Shown: positions 43,303 to 54,225, counted from the stretch's first letter. The stretch: DNA of 64,000 nucleotides from Prochlorococcus sp. AG-355-P18 (GCA_003280515.1 QCER01000006.1:2393-66392), one strand, 5' to 3'. Notes: generated by a model from the letters alone, not told the origin. Numbers and translations: made by a program.

Positions 43303-45105
43303 TTAATTTTGTAAATATCCTCTGGGAGTGAGAAATATTTCGTCAACCAAGGTTGTTTGAGAATTGCCAATAATAATAATTGATAACATATCAATCTCTT
43401 TAAAAGGAATAGTGTTTAAGGTAAAAAATTTTTTGGTTTGATTTTCTCTCCCTACTTGTCTAGCTATTAAAACAGGAGTGTTACCATGCCTAGATTGTAA
43501 ACATATATCTATTACACTTTTTAGCTGCCAATTTCTTTCAATGGATTGAGGATTAAATAAAGCTATTACAAAGTCACCCAAAAGAGCTCCTTCAATTCTT
43601 TTTTCTATTAAGGACCATGGAGTTAATTTATCGCTTAAGCTTACTGAACAAAAGTCATTCATCAGTGGGGCGCCACTAATCGCAGCCGCTAATTGAACAC
43701 TACTTATACCTGGATGTACTTCAAAGTAAGGTCTATATTCTTTTTTGATTTTTTGGAGTAATTCTAAAAGTAAACCTGCCATGCCATAAAATCCAGATTC
43801 CCCTGAAGAAATTAAAGCCACTTTTATTCCTTCCTCAGCTAGTTTTATTGCTTTATTGCATCTCTCTTTTTCTTCAGTAAGATTACTTTCAAATAAAACT
43901 TGGTCACTCCTTTTTAAGCACTTAATTAAATCTAAATACATTTTGTATCCGATCCAAACACTACATCTTGAAAGTGCTTTTCTTGAATTATTGGTTAGGA
44001 AGGAGATATCACCAGGCCCACTTCCAATAATATGGATTTCACCTTGGGTGGGATTATATTGATTTTTTGATTCTGATACAGCGATAGTTACTGCCCCAGA
44101 TTGATTTTTAAAAATTCTTTTTTCTTCTAATAATTTTGATCCTTCTCCTGCTGCAAGTAAGCAAGATGCTTCTGCTACGGAAGGGGTGCCAATTTCTTTT
44201 TGCACAACATTTGATGGATTTGGAACAATTATTTTTGAAAGATCTTCTTTACTAAAAAACTTTATAGGCAAGTTTTTTTCTTTAGCAACTTCTAAAATTC
44301 CTTTCTCATCTTTTTTAATATCAACCGTTGCAAGTCCTGCAATTGAATACTTGGATAAATTTCTCGACTCCAATAAATTATTGAAAGAATTTGCTATTAA
44401 TTCTTTGCTTGTATTTCTTTCACATCCAATGCCAATCCATAATACGGGCGGGTGCCAAGTTGTTTTATGATTTTCAAATATACTCACATGAAATGTTGAA
44501 TCTGGTTTTTCAATTTCTTTTTCATTAATTTGATTAATATTTTCCCCTGATTCTGATTTTTTCCATAAGCTATTACCAGATAATTGTTTGCAAAATATCT
44601 CTTCTTTCTTAGCTTGTTTAATTACTAGTTTTGACCAATCCTTAATGTTGCCAGATCTTTCCCAACCCCATTGATTCCCAAATGCATCAAGATTTAAGAA
44701 GCTTTGATCATTGGAATTATTTGTTTCTATTATTTCGCCATCAAGTAAATTAGCAATTTGATATGCAATATTTTGCGTATTTGACTGATGTAAGCCAATT
44801 AAAGGAACTATCTTGGAACATTTGTTATCTATTACGATTACTCCTGGATCTTGATCTTTAGAGGTTAAAAAAGAGTTTATTATGCGTATTGATGCAGCAA
44901 TTGAGCCTATAAAAATAATTAAATCTATCTCCGGCCATTTTTTAAGTAAGATTTCTCTAGGTTTTTGCACTTGAATAAGTTCATTTTTATCTCCATCATC
45001 TTTTGAAGAACTTGCAATATATATATCTTTGACAAATTCGGTTTTTTTAAGCCTTTTTAAAATTTCTTTTGAATTATTAGATAGACCTATAGCAATTCCT
45101 TTCAA
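43303..45105 (-). CDS. cobJ: Fused CbiG / precorrin-3B C17-methyltransferase (CobJ/CbiH)
   Basis: N-terminal CbiG motifs KDQDPGV, GIGCER, SVAEAS; C-terminal GSGPGD, ISSGESGFYGMA, SLSDKLTPW, TPRGY. Confidence 0.9.
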   Translation of the reverse strand: MKGIAIGLSNNSKEILKRLKKTEFVKDIYIASSSKDDGDKNELIQVQKPREILLKKWPEIDLIIFIGSIAASIRIINSFLTSKDQDPGVIVIDNKCSKIVPLIGLHQSNTQNIAYQIANLLDGEIIETNNSNDQSFLNLDAFGNQWGWERSGNIKDWSKLVIKQAKKEEIFCKQLSGNSLWKKSESGENINQINEKEIEKPDSTFHVSIFENHKTTWHPPVLWIGIGCERNTSKELIANSFNNLLESRNLSKYSIAGLATVDIKKDEKGILEVAKEKNLPIKFFSKEDLSKIIVPNPSNVVQKEIGTPSVAEASCLLAAGEGSKLLEEKRIFKNQSGAVTIAVSESKNQYNPTQGEIHIIGSGPGDISFLTNNSRKALSRCSVWIGYKMYLDLIKCLKRSDQVLFESNLTEEKERCNKAIKLAEEGIKVALISSGESGFYGMAGLLLELLQKIKKEYRPYFEVHPGISSVQLAAAISGAPLMNDFCSVSLSDKLTPWSLIEKRIEGALLGDFVIALFNPQSIERNWQLKSVIDICLQSRHGNTPVLIARQVGRENQTKKFFTLNTIPFKEIDMLSIIIIGNSQTTLVDEIFLTPRGYLQN

Positions 45106-45329
45106 ATCAGAAACTATTGATAGTTACGTTGAAATTATATACTGTCGCTGGATTTAATAAATTTTCTTTGAAATATAAAAAAAAATTTAAGAAATTTTCA
45201 TAAATTTTGAGTAAAAATACTCATAATTTAGTCATAGACTAGAATTTAACAAAATATTCATATAGTAACAATCATTAGAACATTTGTTACGTTAATGCAT
45301 AACGAAAGAATCTTTGCCTTATTATTTTT

Positions 45330-45409
45330 GAAACGAATATCTAAAGTTCCGATGGATTCGTTTTCTTGAACATTATGATTAAAAATAGGTTCAAGATCCG
45401 ATCAATCGG
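45330..45409 (+). promoter_or_regulatory. Structured psaA 5' leader (three hairpins; psaA RNA motif-like)
   Basis: GAAACGAAT/ATTCGTTTT, TCTTGAAC/GTTCAAGA and CCGAT/ATCGG stems upstream of the GAGG Shine-Dalgarno. Confidence 0.6.
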
Positions 45410-45439
45410 CTTTAATGTCAATTATTTTCGAGGTGCTAG

Positions 45440-47743
45440 ATGACCATCAGCCCACCAGAAAGTGGAGAAAAAAACAAAAAAGTTTTGGAGGATCCTGTTA
45501 AGGCCGATCCAAGACCTATTGATTTTGCCAAATTAGATAAGCCAGGTTTCTGGTCAAGTAAATTATCTAAAGGTCCAAAAACAACAACTTGGATCTGGAA
45601 TTTGCATGCTGACGCACATGATTTCGATGTGCATACAGGCGATGCTGAAGAAGCAACAAGAAAAATCTTTTCAGCTCATTTTGGACATCTTGCAGTCATC
45701 TTTATATGGATGAGTGCTGCATTTTTCCATGGAGCAAGATTTTCTAATTACTCAGGTTGGTTAGCTGATCCAACTCATGTCAAACCCGGTGCTCAGCAAG
45801 TTTGGGCAATTGTTGGTCAAGAAATGTTGAATGCTGATCTTGGTGCTAACTACAATGGAATTCAAATCAGTTCAGGAATATTTCACATGTGGCGAGCATG
45901 GGGAATTACTAATGAGAGTGAACTGATGGCTTTGGCAATAGGTGCTGTAGTAATGGCCGCACTTATGCTTCATGCTGGAATTTTTCATTATCATAAAGCA
46001 GCTCCAAAAATGGAGTGGTTCCAAGATATTGAGTCTATGCTTAACCACCATATAGCTGGTTTAGTAGGATTAGGATCTTTAGCATGGGCTGGCCATTGTA
46101 TTCACATTGGAGCTCCTACAGCAGCTCTCCTAGATGCAATTGATGCAGGCTCTCCTTTAGTTATTAATGGAAAAGAAATAGCAACTATTGCAGATATGCC
46201 TATGCCGCATCAACTCTGCGATCCACAAATTATTGGTCAGATATTTCCAGGATTAGCAAGTGGTACAGGCAATTTCTTTAGTTTAAATTGGTTAGCTTTT
46301 TCAGACTTCCTTACTTTCAAAGGTGGACTTAACCCTGTGACAGGAAGCTTGTGGATGACTGATGTTTCACATCATCATTTAGCTTTTGGTGTAATAGCAA
46401 TAATCGGTGGTCATATGTACAGAACCAATTACGGTATTGGTCATAGTATGAAAGAAATATTAGATTCACAACAAGGAGACCCAATATTATTTCCTGCGCC
46501 TAAAGGTCATCAAGGTCTCTTTGAGTTCATGGCAGAAAGTAGACATGCTCAGCTTTCAGTAAACCTAGCGATGCTTGGATCTATAAGCATACTTGTATCT
46601 CATCACATGTATGCGATGCCTCCATATCCTTACATAGCTACTGACTACATGACAGTTCTTGGATTATTTACCCATCACATGTGGATAGGTGGATTATTCA
46701 TAGTAGGAGCAGGTGCGCATGCTGGAATTGCAATGGTTAGAGATTACGATCCAGCAAAGCATATCGATAATGTATTAGACAGAATTCTTAAGGCAAGAGA
46801 TGCTTTAATCAGTCACTTGAACTGGGTATGTATGTGGTTAGGATTCCATAGTTTTGGACTCTATATTCACAACGATACTATGAGAGCCTTGGGTAGACCC
46901 CAAGATATGTTTAGTGATTCTGCAATCCAACTTCAGCCAATCTTTGCTCAATGGGTACAGAGTATTCAAGCATCTGCTGTTGGAACTTCTCTTCTAGCGG
47001 GTACTGCAGAAGCTTTACCTCACAAAGCCTTAAGTGAAGTTTTTAATGGAAGTTTAGTAGAAGTTGGTGGAAAGGTAGCTATAGCGCCAATTCCATTAGG
47101 TACAGCTGATTTAATGATTCATCATATTCATGCTTTCCAAATCCATGTAACTGTTTTGATACTTCTCAAAGGAGTACTTTATGCAAGAAGTTCAAGGTTA
47201 ATCCCTGATAAAGCTTCTCTAGGATTTAGATTCCCTTGTGACGGTCCTGGAAGAGGTGGTACATGTCAAGTTTCTTCATGGGATCACGTTTTCTTGGCTC
47301 TCTTCTGGATGTATAACTGTTTATCAATAGTTATTTTCCACTTCTCTTGGAAAATGCAGAGTGATGTTTGGGGACTCACTGGTGGTAATTTTGCACAAAG
47401 TTCAATTACTATCAATGGTTGGTTAAGAGATTTCCTCTGGGCTCAAGCTTCTCAAGTTTTAACAAGCTATGGTCAATCAATAAGCATGTACGGTTTGATG
47501 TTCTTAGGAGCTCACTTTATATGGGCCTTCAGTTTAATGTTCCTCTTCAGCGGAAGAGGATATTGGCAAGAATTGTTCGAATCAATTGTTTGGGCACACA
47601 ATAAATTAAAGGTTGCACCAACCATTCAACCTAGAGCTCTATCTATTACTCAGGGACGTGCAGTAGGTGTAACACACTTCCTTGTAGGTGGTATTGCTAC
47701 AACATGGGCCTTCTTCCATGCTCGCCTTTTCGGGCTGGGCTAA
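45440..47743 (+). CDS. psaA: Photosystem I P700 apoprotein A1
   Basis: [28 protein letters not shown] (FX ligands), RGYWQEL. Confidence 0.99.
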   Translation: MTISPPESGEKNKKVLEDPVKADPRPIDFAKLDKPGFWSSKLSKGPKTTTWIWNLHADAHDFDVHTGDAEEATRKIFSAHFGHLAVIFIWMSAAFFHGARFSNYSGWLADPTHVKPGAQQVWAIVGQEMLNADLGANYNGIQISSGIFHMWRAWGITNESELMALAIGAVVMAALMLHAGIFHYHKAAPKMEWFQDIESMLNHHIAGLVGLGSLAWAGHCIHIGAPTAALLDAIDAGSPLVINGKEIATIADMPMPHQLCDPQIIGQIFPGLASGTGNFFSLNWLAFSDFLTFKGGLNPVTGSLWMTDVSHHHLAFGVIAIIGGHMYRTNYGIGHSMKEILDSQQGDPILFPAPKGHQGLFEFMAESRHAQLSVNLAMLGSISILVSHHMYAMPPYPYIATDYMTVLGLFTHHMWIGGLFIVGAGAHAGIAMVRDYDPAKHIDNVLDRILKARDALISHLNWVCMWLGFHSFGLYIHNDTMRALGRPQDMFSDSAIQLQPIFAQWVQSIQASAVGTSLLAGTAEALPHKALSEVFNGSLVEVGGKVAIAPIPLGTADLMIHHIHAFQIHVTVLILLKGVLYARSSRLIPDKASLGFRFPCDGPGRGGTCQVSSWDHVFLALFWMYNCLSIVIFHFSWKMQSDVWGLTGGNFAQSSITINGWLRDFLWAQASQVLTSYGQSISMYGLMFLGAHFIWAFSLMFLFSGRGYWQELFESIVWAHNKLKVAPTIQPRALSITQGRAVGVTHFLVGGIATTWAFFHARLFGLG

Positions 47744-47770
47744 TAACCTGAACTTCACCTTTTTAATTCA

Positions 47771-49999
47771 ATGGCAACAAAATTTCCATCATTTAACCAG
47801 GGTCTAGCTCAGGACCCTACAACCCGACGAATATGGTACGGAATAGCTACCGCTCACGACTTTGAAAGTCATGATGGTATGACCGAAGAAAAGCTTTATC
47901 AGAAGCTTTTCTCTACACATTTTGGACATCTAGCAATAATCGCCCTTTGGGTAGCTGGTAACTTATTCCATATTGCTTGGCAAGGTAACTTTGAGCAATT
48001 TGTACTTGATCCAACTCACGTTCGTCCTATTGCTCATGCTATTTGGGATCCTCATTTTGGATCTGGTATTACAGAAGCAATGACACAAGCTGGAGCTAGT
48101 GGTCCCGTTAATATAGCTTACTCAGGTCTCTATCATTGGTGGTACACAATTGGAATGAGAACTAATGAGCAACTCTTCCAAGCTTCAATATTTATGAGTA
48201 TTTTAGCTTGTTGGACCCTATTTGCAGGTTGGTTACACTTACAGCCAAAATTCAGACCTTCTCTAGCTTGGTTCAAAAATGCAGAGTCAAGATTAAATCA
48301 TCATTTAGCTGTCTTATTCGGTTTTAGTAGTATCGCTTGGACAGGTCATTTGGTTCATGTCGCTATACCTGAATCAAGAGGACAGCATGTAGGTTGGGAT
48401 AACTGGTTAACAGTACTTCCACACCCTGCAGGACTAGCCCCTTTCTTTACCTTAAACTGGGGAGCTTATGCCCAAAATCCTGATTCTTTGGATCAAGTTT
48501 TTGGAACAACTCAAGGAGCTGGAACAGCAATCTTTACTTTCTTAGGAGGACTTCATCCTCAAAGTGAAGCACTATGGCTTACTGATATTGCTCATCACCA
48601 TATTGCAATTGGAACAGTATTTGTAATTGCTGGCCATATGTATAGAAATACTTTTGGAATAGGCCATAGCCTCAAAGAAATTACAGAAGCTCATAATACT
48701 AGACATCCAAATGATCCCCATAAAGGTAGTTTCGGAATTAATCATGATGGTATATATGAAACTGTAAATAACTCATTACATTTCCAACTTGGACTAGCAT
48801 TAGCATCACTTGGAGTAGCAACTTCGCTTGTCGCTCAACATATGGGAGCACTTCCTTCTTATGCTTTTATCGCTAGGGACTACACTACACAATCTGCTTT
48901 ATATAGTCATCATCAGTACATAGCAATGTTCTTGATGGTTGGTGCTTTTGCACATGGAGCTATTTTCTTTGTGAGAGATTACGATCCTGAATTAAACAAA
49001 GACAATGTATTAGCTAGAGTTCTTGGAACAAAGGAAGCTTTAATTAGTCACCTTAGTTGGGTAACAATGTTGCTTGGATTCCATACTCTTGGAATTTATG
49101 TCCATAACGATGTTGTTGTAGCTTTTGGTAATCCTGAAAAGCAAATTCTCATTGAGCCAGTATTTGCTCAATTTGTTCAGGCAGCTCAAGGTAAGATGAT
49201 GTATGGTTTCAATGCTTTACTTTCTGATCCCACAAGCTCAGCAAGTCTTGCTGCGAATTCTTTACCAGGTAATCACTACTGGATGGATCTTATCAATAGA
49301 CAAGATGCCTTAAGTGCATTCTTACCTATAGGTCCTGCAGATTTCTTAGTTCATCACGCTATTGCTTTAGGTCTTCATACAACTGCTTTAATCCTTATCA
49401 AAGGCGCACTTGATGCTAGAGGAACTAAATTAATTCCTGATAAGAAAGATTTGGGTTATGCATTCCCTTGTGATGGACCTGGACGTGGAGGTACTTGTGA
49501 TAGTTCATCATGGGATGCTATGTACTTAGCGATGTTCTGGGCATTAAATTTACTAGCATGGGTAACCTTCTACTGGCATTGGAAACATCTAGCAATATGG
49601 CAGGGTAATGTAGCACAATTTAATGAATCAGGAACTTATCTAATGGGTTGGTTCAGAGATTATCTCTGGTTAAACTCTGCTCAACTTATTAACGGATATA
49701 ATCCATTTGGAGTAAATTCTTTATCACCTTGGGCTTGGATGTTCCTATTCGGACACTTAGTTTGGGCTACTGGTTTCATGTTCTTAATATCATGGCGTGG
49801 TTACTGGCAAGAATTAATCGAAACCTTAGTTTGGGCACATCAGAGAACTCCAATAGCTAATCTTGTTGGGTGGAGAGATAAGCCAGTTGCACTCTCAATT
49901 GTTCAAGCTAGATTAGTTGGATTGGCACATTTCACCATAGGTAACATTCTTACATTCGGTGCATTTGTGATTGCATCAACTTCTGGTAAGTTTGGATAA
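47771..49999 (+). CDS. psaB: Photosystem I P700 apoprotein A2
   Basis: [38 protein letters not shown]. Confidence 0.99.
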   Translation: MATKFPSFNQGLAQDPTTRRIWYGIATAHDFESHDGMTEEKLYQKLFSTHFGHLAIIALWVAGNLFHIAWQGNFEQFVLDPTHVRPIAHAIWDPHFGSGITEAMTQAGASGPVNIAYSGLYHWWYTIGMRTNEQLFQASIFMSILACWTLFAGWLHLQPKFRPSLAWFKNAESRLNHHLAVLFGFSSIAWTGHLVHVAIPESRGQHVGWDNWLTVLPHPAGLAPFFTLNWGAYAQNPDSLDQVFGTTQGAGTAIFTFLGGLHPQSEALWLTDIAHHHIAIGTVFVIAGHMYRNTFGIGHSLKEITEAHNTRHPNDPHKGSFGINHDGIYETVNNSLHFQLGLALASLGVATSLVAQHMGALPSYAFIARDYTTQSALYSHHQYIAMFLMVGAFAHGAIFFVRDYDPELNKDNVLARVLGTKEALISHLSWVTMLLGFHTLGIYVHNDVVVAFGNPEKQILIEPVFAQFVQAAQGKMMYGFNALLSDPTSSASLAANSLPGNHYWMDLINRQDALSAFLPIGPADFLVHHAIALGLHTTALILIKGALDARGTKLIPDKKDLGYAFPCDGPGRGGTCDSSSWDAMYLAMFWALNLLAWVTFYWHWKHLAIWQGNVAQFNESGTYLMGWFRDYLWLNSAQLINGYNPFGVNSLSPWAWMFLFGHLVWATGFMFLISWRGYWQELIETLVWAHQRTPIANLVGWRDKPVALSIVQARLVGLAHFTIGNILTFGAFVIASTSGKFG

Positions 50000-50016
50000 A
50001 TTTCCTTTAAATAATT

Positions 50017-50046
50017 AAAATCACCACATATGTGGTGATTTTTTTT
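50017..50046 (+). terminator. Intrinsic terminator of psaAB
   Basis: Perfect 26-bp palindrome AAAATCACCACATATGTGGTGATTTT running into a T tract, 17 nt after the psaB stop. Confidence 0.88.
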
Positions 50047-50102
50047 GTTTATTTTTAATTTTCTAAATTAAGTTACAATTAAATGATTATTGTCTAATAA
50101 AT

Positions 50103-51065
50103 ATGTCAGATATAAATCAACTAATTTCTATTGTTATACCTGTTTTCAACGAAAGCGAGAGTATTGGTTTTTTATTGGATGAACTTATTAATGTAATGTC
50201 ATCTCATAATTTTAATTTCGAATTGATCGTTGTAAACGATGGATCTACAGACAATACTCATCAAGTACTAAAACAACTAACTCTTAAAATAAAAGAATTA
50301 TGTGTAATTTCTCTCCGCAAAAATTATGGGCAAACTGCAGCGATGTCAGCTGGCTTTGATAATTCTACAGGCGATATCGTTATTACTTTGGATGGTGATT
50401 TACAAAATGACCCCAATGATATTCCTAAATTAATTTCAGAAATTAATAATGGCTATGACTTGATTTGTGGGTGGAGGTTTGATAGGAAAGATAAATTACT
50501 TAATCGGAAGATACCATCAAAAATAGCAAATAAATTAATAGCTCAAGTAACAGGTTTGAAGTTTCATGACTATGGATGCTCACTAAAAGCTTTTAAAAAA
50601 GAAATAATAGATGATATTAAATTATATGGAGAACTTCACAGGTTTCTGCCAGTTTTAGCCAACATTGAAGGTGCAAGAATTAAGGAAATTAAAGTCAATC
50701 ATAGAAGTCGGAAATATGGATCCAGTAAATATGGAATTAATAGAACTTTTAAGGTTTTAATGGATTTACTCACTGTTTGGTTTATGAATAAATTTTTAAC
50801 AAGACCTATGTATGGATTTGGTTTCGCTGGAATCATAAGTATACTGATAAGCCTTGTTATGAGCTCTTATTTGATAGTTCTTAAATTAATGGGAGAGGAT
50901 ATTGGTAATCGTCCGATGCTAATGTTTACATTAATATTAGGAATTGCTGGTGTCCAATTATTTAGCTTTGGATTATTAAGCGAACTTTTAATGAGGACAT
51001 ATCATGAAAGTCAAAGTCGTCCAATTTATAGAATAAGGTCAATAAGTAGTGCCAACCAAAATTAA
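50103..51065 (+). CDS. Glycosyltransferase family 2 (polyprenol-phosphate glycosyltransferase-like)
   Basis: SIVIPVFNE, VNDGSTD, NYGQTAA, DGDLQNDP, two C-terminal TM helices. Confidence 0.9.
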   Translation: MSDINQLISIVIPVFNESESIGFLLDELINVMSSHNFNFELIVVNDGSTDNTHQVLKQLTLKIKELCVISLRKNYGQTAAMSAGFDNSTGDIVITLDGDLQNDPNDIPKLISEINNGYDLICGWRFDRKDKLLNRKIPSKIANKLIAQVTGLKFHDYGCSLKAFKKEIIDDIKLYGELHRFLPVLANIEGARIKEIKVNHRSRKYGSSKYGINRTFKVLMDLLTVWFMNKFLTRPMYGFGFAGIISILISLVMSSYLIVLKLMGEDIGNRPMLMFTLILGIAGVQLFSFGLLSELLMRTYHESQSRPIYRIRSISSANQN

Positions 51066-51069
51066 ATTT

Positions 51070-51450
51070 TTACTTGAATTTTCTTATTAATAAAGCTGAA
51101 AGTTTAACTACTTCAGGAGACATATCTCTTAAGCCTTGTCGTAAAATTGATAATGTTGATTTATCAGATAATTCTTCCGCAATTTTTAATGCTTTTAATT
51201 TGTCTTCTGTATTTCCCTGAAAAAGACTACACATTTTATTTCTTTGAGAATTTTTATAAAATTCTGAGTACTCTCTCTCCTTATGATTGTATAAAAAACT
51301 ATTTTTTTTAGATGAAAATTTATTATTTTTATTTAATTTAATAGAATATAAATCGCTTTTATTTATTAACTTTTTAAAGCTTCTTTTTTTTAAAACTAGA
51401 AGTAATATTCCTGTAAAAATAATCAGTACAATTGCGAAAAATTTTATCAT
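51070..51450 (-). CDS. Membrane-anchored HEAT/PBS-lyase-repeat protein
   Basis: N-terminal hydrophobic anchor; C-terminal LSILRQGLRD.SPEVV..SA HEAT-like repeat. Confidence 0.6.
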   Translation of the reverse strand: MIKFFAIVLIIFTGILLLVLKKRSFKKLINKSDLYSIKLNKNNKFSSKKNSFLYNHKEREYSEFYKNSQRNKMCSLFQGNTEDKLKALKIAEELSDKSTLSILRQGLRDMSPEVVKLSALLIRKFK

Positions 51451-51542
51451 GTAAAAAGTTAATAATTTTTATATCATCCAGTAATAAAATTAACACTATT
51501 TCGCAGATAAATACTAAAGTGTTTAAAGATGTTTAATGAACT

Positions 51543-51656
51543 ATGCCATCTGATTTACCAAGTCTTTTACCTTCAATTTTTGTTCCATTAATTGGTATAG
51601 CAATGCCTGCTGTTTTTATCGTATTGATTGGAAGATTAATTACAGCAACTGAATAA
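51543..51656 (+). CDS. psaI: Photosystem I subunit VIII PsaI
   Basis: Manual translation MPSDLPSLLPSIFVPLIGIAMPAVFIVLIGRLITATE*; LPSIFVPL.G motif; directly upstream of psaL. Confidence 0.92.
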   Translation: MPSDLPSLLPSIFVPLIGIAMPAVFIVLIGRLITATE

Positions 51657-51683
51657 ATTATCAAATACTAAACTATTAAAAAA

Positions 51684-52283
51684 ATGAGCGACTTTCAAAA
51701 ATCATTCTCAGAATCAACAAGTTCTATTAAGTTTGATGAGAAATACATAGATACTTCTGTACAACCAAATGATATTGGAGTAGCAGAACAATGGGCAGTA
51801 AAAACTGTTGCTGATCCTTGTGTAGGTAATTTAGCTACTCCAGTTAACAGTGGTTATTTTACAAAAGCCTTCATAAATAATTTACCTTTTTACAGAGAAG
51901 GTATTTCCCCTAATTTTAGAGGTTTAGAAACTGGAGCAGCTTTTGGATATCTTCTATACGGACCTTTCACTATGACTGGCCCATTAAGAAATTCTGAATT
52001 TGCTCTAACAGCTGGACTTCTCGCTACTATTGGAGCTGTTCATATTTTGACAGCACTTTTTGTTCTATACAATGCACCTGGCAAAGCACCTAATGTTCAA
52101 CCTCCAGATGCGACTGTTAATAATCCGCCAAAGGATTTATTTACAAGAGCTGGCTGGGCTGATTTTACAAGTGGATTTTGGTTAGGAGGCTGTGGAGGAG
52201 CTGTTTTTGCTTGGTTACTTGTTGGGACATTACACTTAGATACCATAATGCCAATTATCAAAAATATTTGGACTGCTGGTTGA
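51684..52283 (+). CDS. psaL: Photosystem I subunit XI PsaL (extended termini)
   Basis: [40 protein letters not shown]. Confidence 0.96.
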   Translation: MSDFQKSFSESTSSIKFDEKYIDTSVQPNDIGVAEQWAVKTVADPCVGNLATPVNSGYFTKAFINNLPFYREGISPNFRGLETGAAFGYLLYGPFTMTGPLRNSEFALTAGLLATIGAVHILTALFVLYNAPGKAPNVQPPDATVNNPPKDLFTRAGWADFTSGFWLGGCGGAVFAWLLVGTLHLDTIMPIIKNIWTAG

Positions 52284-52344
52284 TTCCTAAATAAAAGAAT
52301 AAGTAAAATTAAATTTAATTTAAAGTTAAAGGTTAGTTTATTAA

Positions 52345-53103
52345 TTAACGTATAGTTCTGTCCCATCTATAATTTCTAATTACTCGTCCTGCAGAAATTA
52401 GCTTAGATTTATAATGAAATGAAATTTTGTCATTAGACTTTTTTAGGGTATCTAATCCTATTCCATTTCTGCCAAAATCTTTTCCAGAGCTATGGTAATA
52501 TAATCCGTCTCCCTTGTAGATTCCAATATGATCACATTTTTCTTTATTTCCAAAAAATAAAAGATCGCCAGGTCGTAGACCTGCATATGATTCTTTGTAA
52601 TAAAAAAGGTGTTTACAAAAACTTTTTATTTGAAAAGAGTCTCTAGGTATATTAATTTGATGCTTTAAGAAAGCAGTCTGAATTAATCCAGAACAATCAA
52701 AATTGGGTCCTAATGTTCCTCCCCAAAGGTATTCATTATTTAACTCAGATTGAACCTTGATCCATTTTAAAATTGAGTTAACTTTATCTTTTATAAAGAA
52801 GTATTCATTTTTTAAACTGTTATTTTTTTTGAATTCGCATTTCTCAATAATTAATCCATCTAAATTTATCCAACAGACGTATCCATCTTCATATAGTTGA
52901 ACTAGTATTCTTGAAAATTTATGATTGTTTTGATAAATATTTGGATAAATAAGTCTAAAAATTCTATTTTTAAATATTTCAGTAACTAATTTATCTTCTG
53001 TTTCATTTTGATATCCCGAAATATTAACTTTTAATTGCCACCAAATAGTTTTTGAAAAATTAGTTTGTTTAAATAGTGAGATAGGATTTTTATAAATTTC
53101 CAT
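52345..53103 (-). CDS. NlpC/P60 (C40) peptidase with SH3-like N-terminal domain
   Basis: EDGYVCW, YLWGG...FDCSGL (catalytic Cys), PGDLLFF, HIGIY, YHSSG. Confidence 0.88.
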   Translation of the reverse strand: MEIYKNPISLFKQTNFSKTIWWQLKVNISGYQNETEDKLVTEIFKNRIFRLIYPNIYQNNHKFSRILVQLYEDGYVCWINLDGLIIEKCEFKKNNSLKNEYFFIKDKVNSILKWIKVQSELNNEYLWGGTLGPNFDCSGLIQTAFLKHQINIPRDSFQIKSFCKHLFYYKESYAGLRPGDLLFFGNKEKCDHIGIYKGDGLYYHSSGKDFGRNGIGLDTLKKSNDKISFHYKSKLISAGRVIRNYRWDRTIR

Positions 53104-53106
53104 ACA

Positions 53107-54015
53107 ATGTCCTTTTACTATTTAAGTCAGGAGATGGGGCTAGCCTTAAATGGTATTTTAAGGAGAATATGCTCTCATAATAAAGATTTTTTAATAGAAG
53201 ACATTTCGATAACTTGGATTAATTATAAAAGTGAAAATAAAAGTGTATTTAAAGGTTTTGGAACTGGCATTAATAATAAAAAAATGGTTTACCCTGCCAG
53301 CATAGTCAAGTTAGTTTATGGCCTTGCTGCATTTTATTGGATTAAAAAAGGAAGTTTATTTTTATCAGATGAAATTATTGATGCTGTATGGAAAATGTTG
53401 TCTTTCTCCAGTAATAATGCAACAAGCTTTTTAATTGATTTACTCACTGGAACAACAAGTGGACCTCGTATTGAAGGCGAACTATGGGAAAATTGGAAAT
53501 ATCAAAGAAATATAATAAATGATTGGCTACATGATTTAAATTGGGAAGAATTGGTTGGAATAAATTGCTGTCAGAAGACTTGGGATGATGGCCCATTTGG
53601 TCGTGAGAAAGAATTTTACGGATATGATAATAAAAATAGAAATGCTATGACCTCTGATTCAGCTGCAAGGTTTTTGGAAGAAATTATGATTCATATTGAT
53701 TATCAAGAAAATAATTTAAATTTGCGAAGTTTTTTAAAAAGAAATTTAAATAAAGTTGTTCTTAAAAAGGATTCACTTAATCAAATAGATGGTTTTTTGG
53801 GTGAAGGATTACCAGAAAACATTAATCTTTGGAGTAAAGCAGGCTTAATGTCTGAAGTTAGACATGATTCAGCTTGGTGGATTAATAATCAATCTCTACA
53901 AACTTTATTGGTAGTTTTTTGTAATGGAGAAAAATATTCCAAAGATTCTTCCCTTTTACCGTTTATAGCAAAAGAAGTATACGATTTTAATAAGAAATAT
54001 ATTATTGAGGACTAA
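53107..54015 (+). CDS. Serine hydrolase, class A beta-lactamase/PBP fold
   Basis: YPASIVK (SxxK), SSN (SxN), WSKAG (KTG-like), RHD. Confidence 0.85.
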   Translation: MSFYYLSQEMGLALNGILRRICSHNKDFLIEDISITWINYKSENKSVFKGFGTGINNKKMVYPASIVKLVYGLAAFYWIKKGSLFLSDEIIDAVWKMLSFSSNNATSFLIDLLTGTTSGPRIEGELWENWKYQRNIINDWLHDLNWEELVGINCCQKTWDDGPFGREKEFYGYDNKNRNAMTSDSAARFLEEIMIHIDYQENNLNLRSFLKRNLNKVVLKKDSLNQIDGFLGEGLPENINLWSKAGLMSEVRHDSAWWINNQSLQTLLVVFCNGEKYSKDSSLLPFIAKEVYDFNKKYIIED

Positions 54016-54221
54016 AGTGAATCTTCTAAGAAATTAGAATCTAATTTGTCAGTATATGCTTCATAAGGTAGCATCATTACTTCTTCCAAATCTAAATCAT
54101 TCATAATCCATTCTCTATATTCTGCTAACAAGCTTTTTCTGTCTTCATTATCTAATTCATAAATACGCAATGCGGTATCTTTAAAATTTTCTTTTATTAA
54201 ATTTTCAATTTCTTTCTTCAT
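54012..54221 (-). CDS. Small acidic hypothetical protein (69 aa)
   Basis: ATG start 4 nt after the resolvase-like stop; protein-like composition (19 D/E). Confidence 0.65.
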   Translation of the reverse strand: MKKEIENLIKENFKDTALRIYELDNEDRKSLLAEYREWIMNDLDLEEVMMLPYEAYTDKLDSNFLEDSL

Positions 54222-54225
54222 TATT

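Noticed and set aside
45185-45300. Possible RpaB/HLR1-type direct repeats (TTAACAAA, GTAACAAT, repeated TCATA) in the psaA promoter, and TGTTTAA(A/T)GA x2 before psaI (51520-51539)
   Set aside because: Biologically plausible, but the matches are too degenerate to distinguish from AT-rich background by eye
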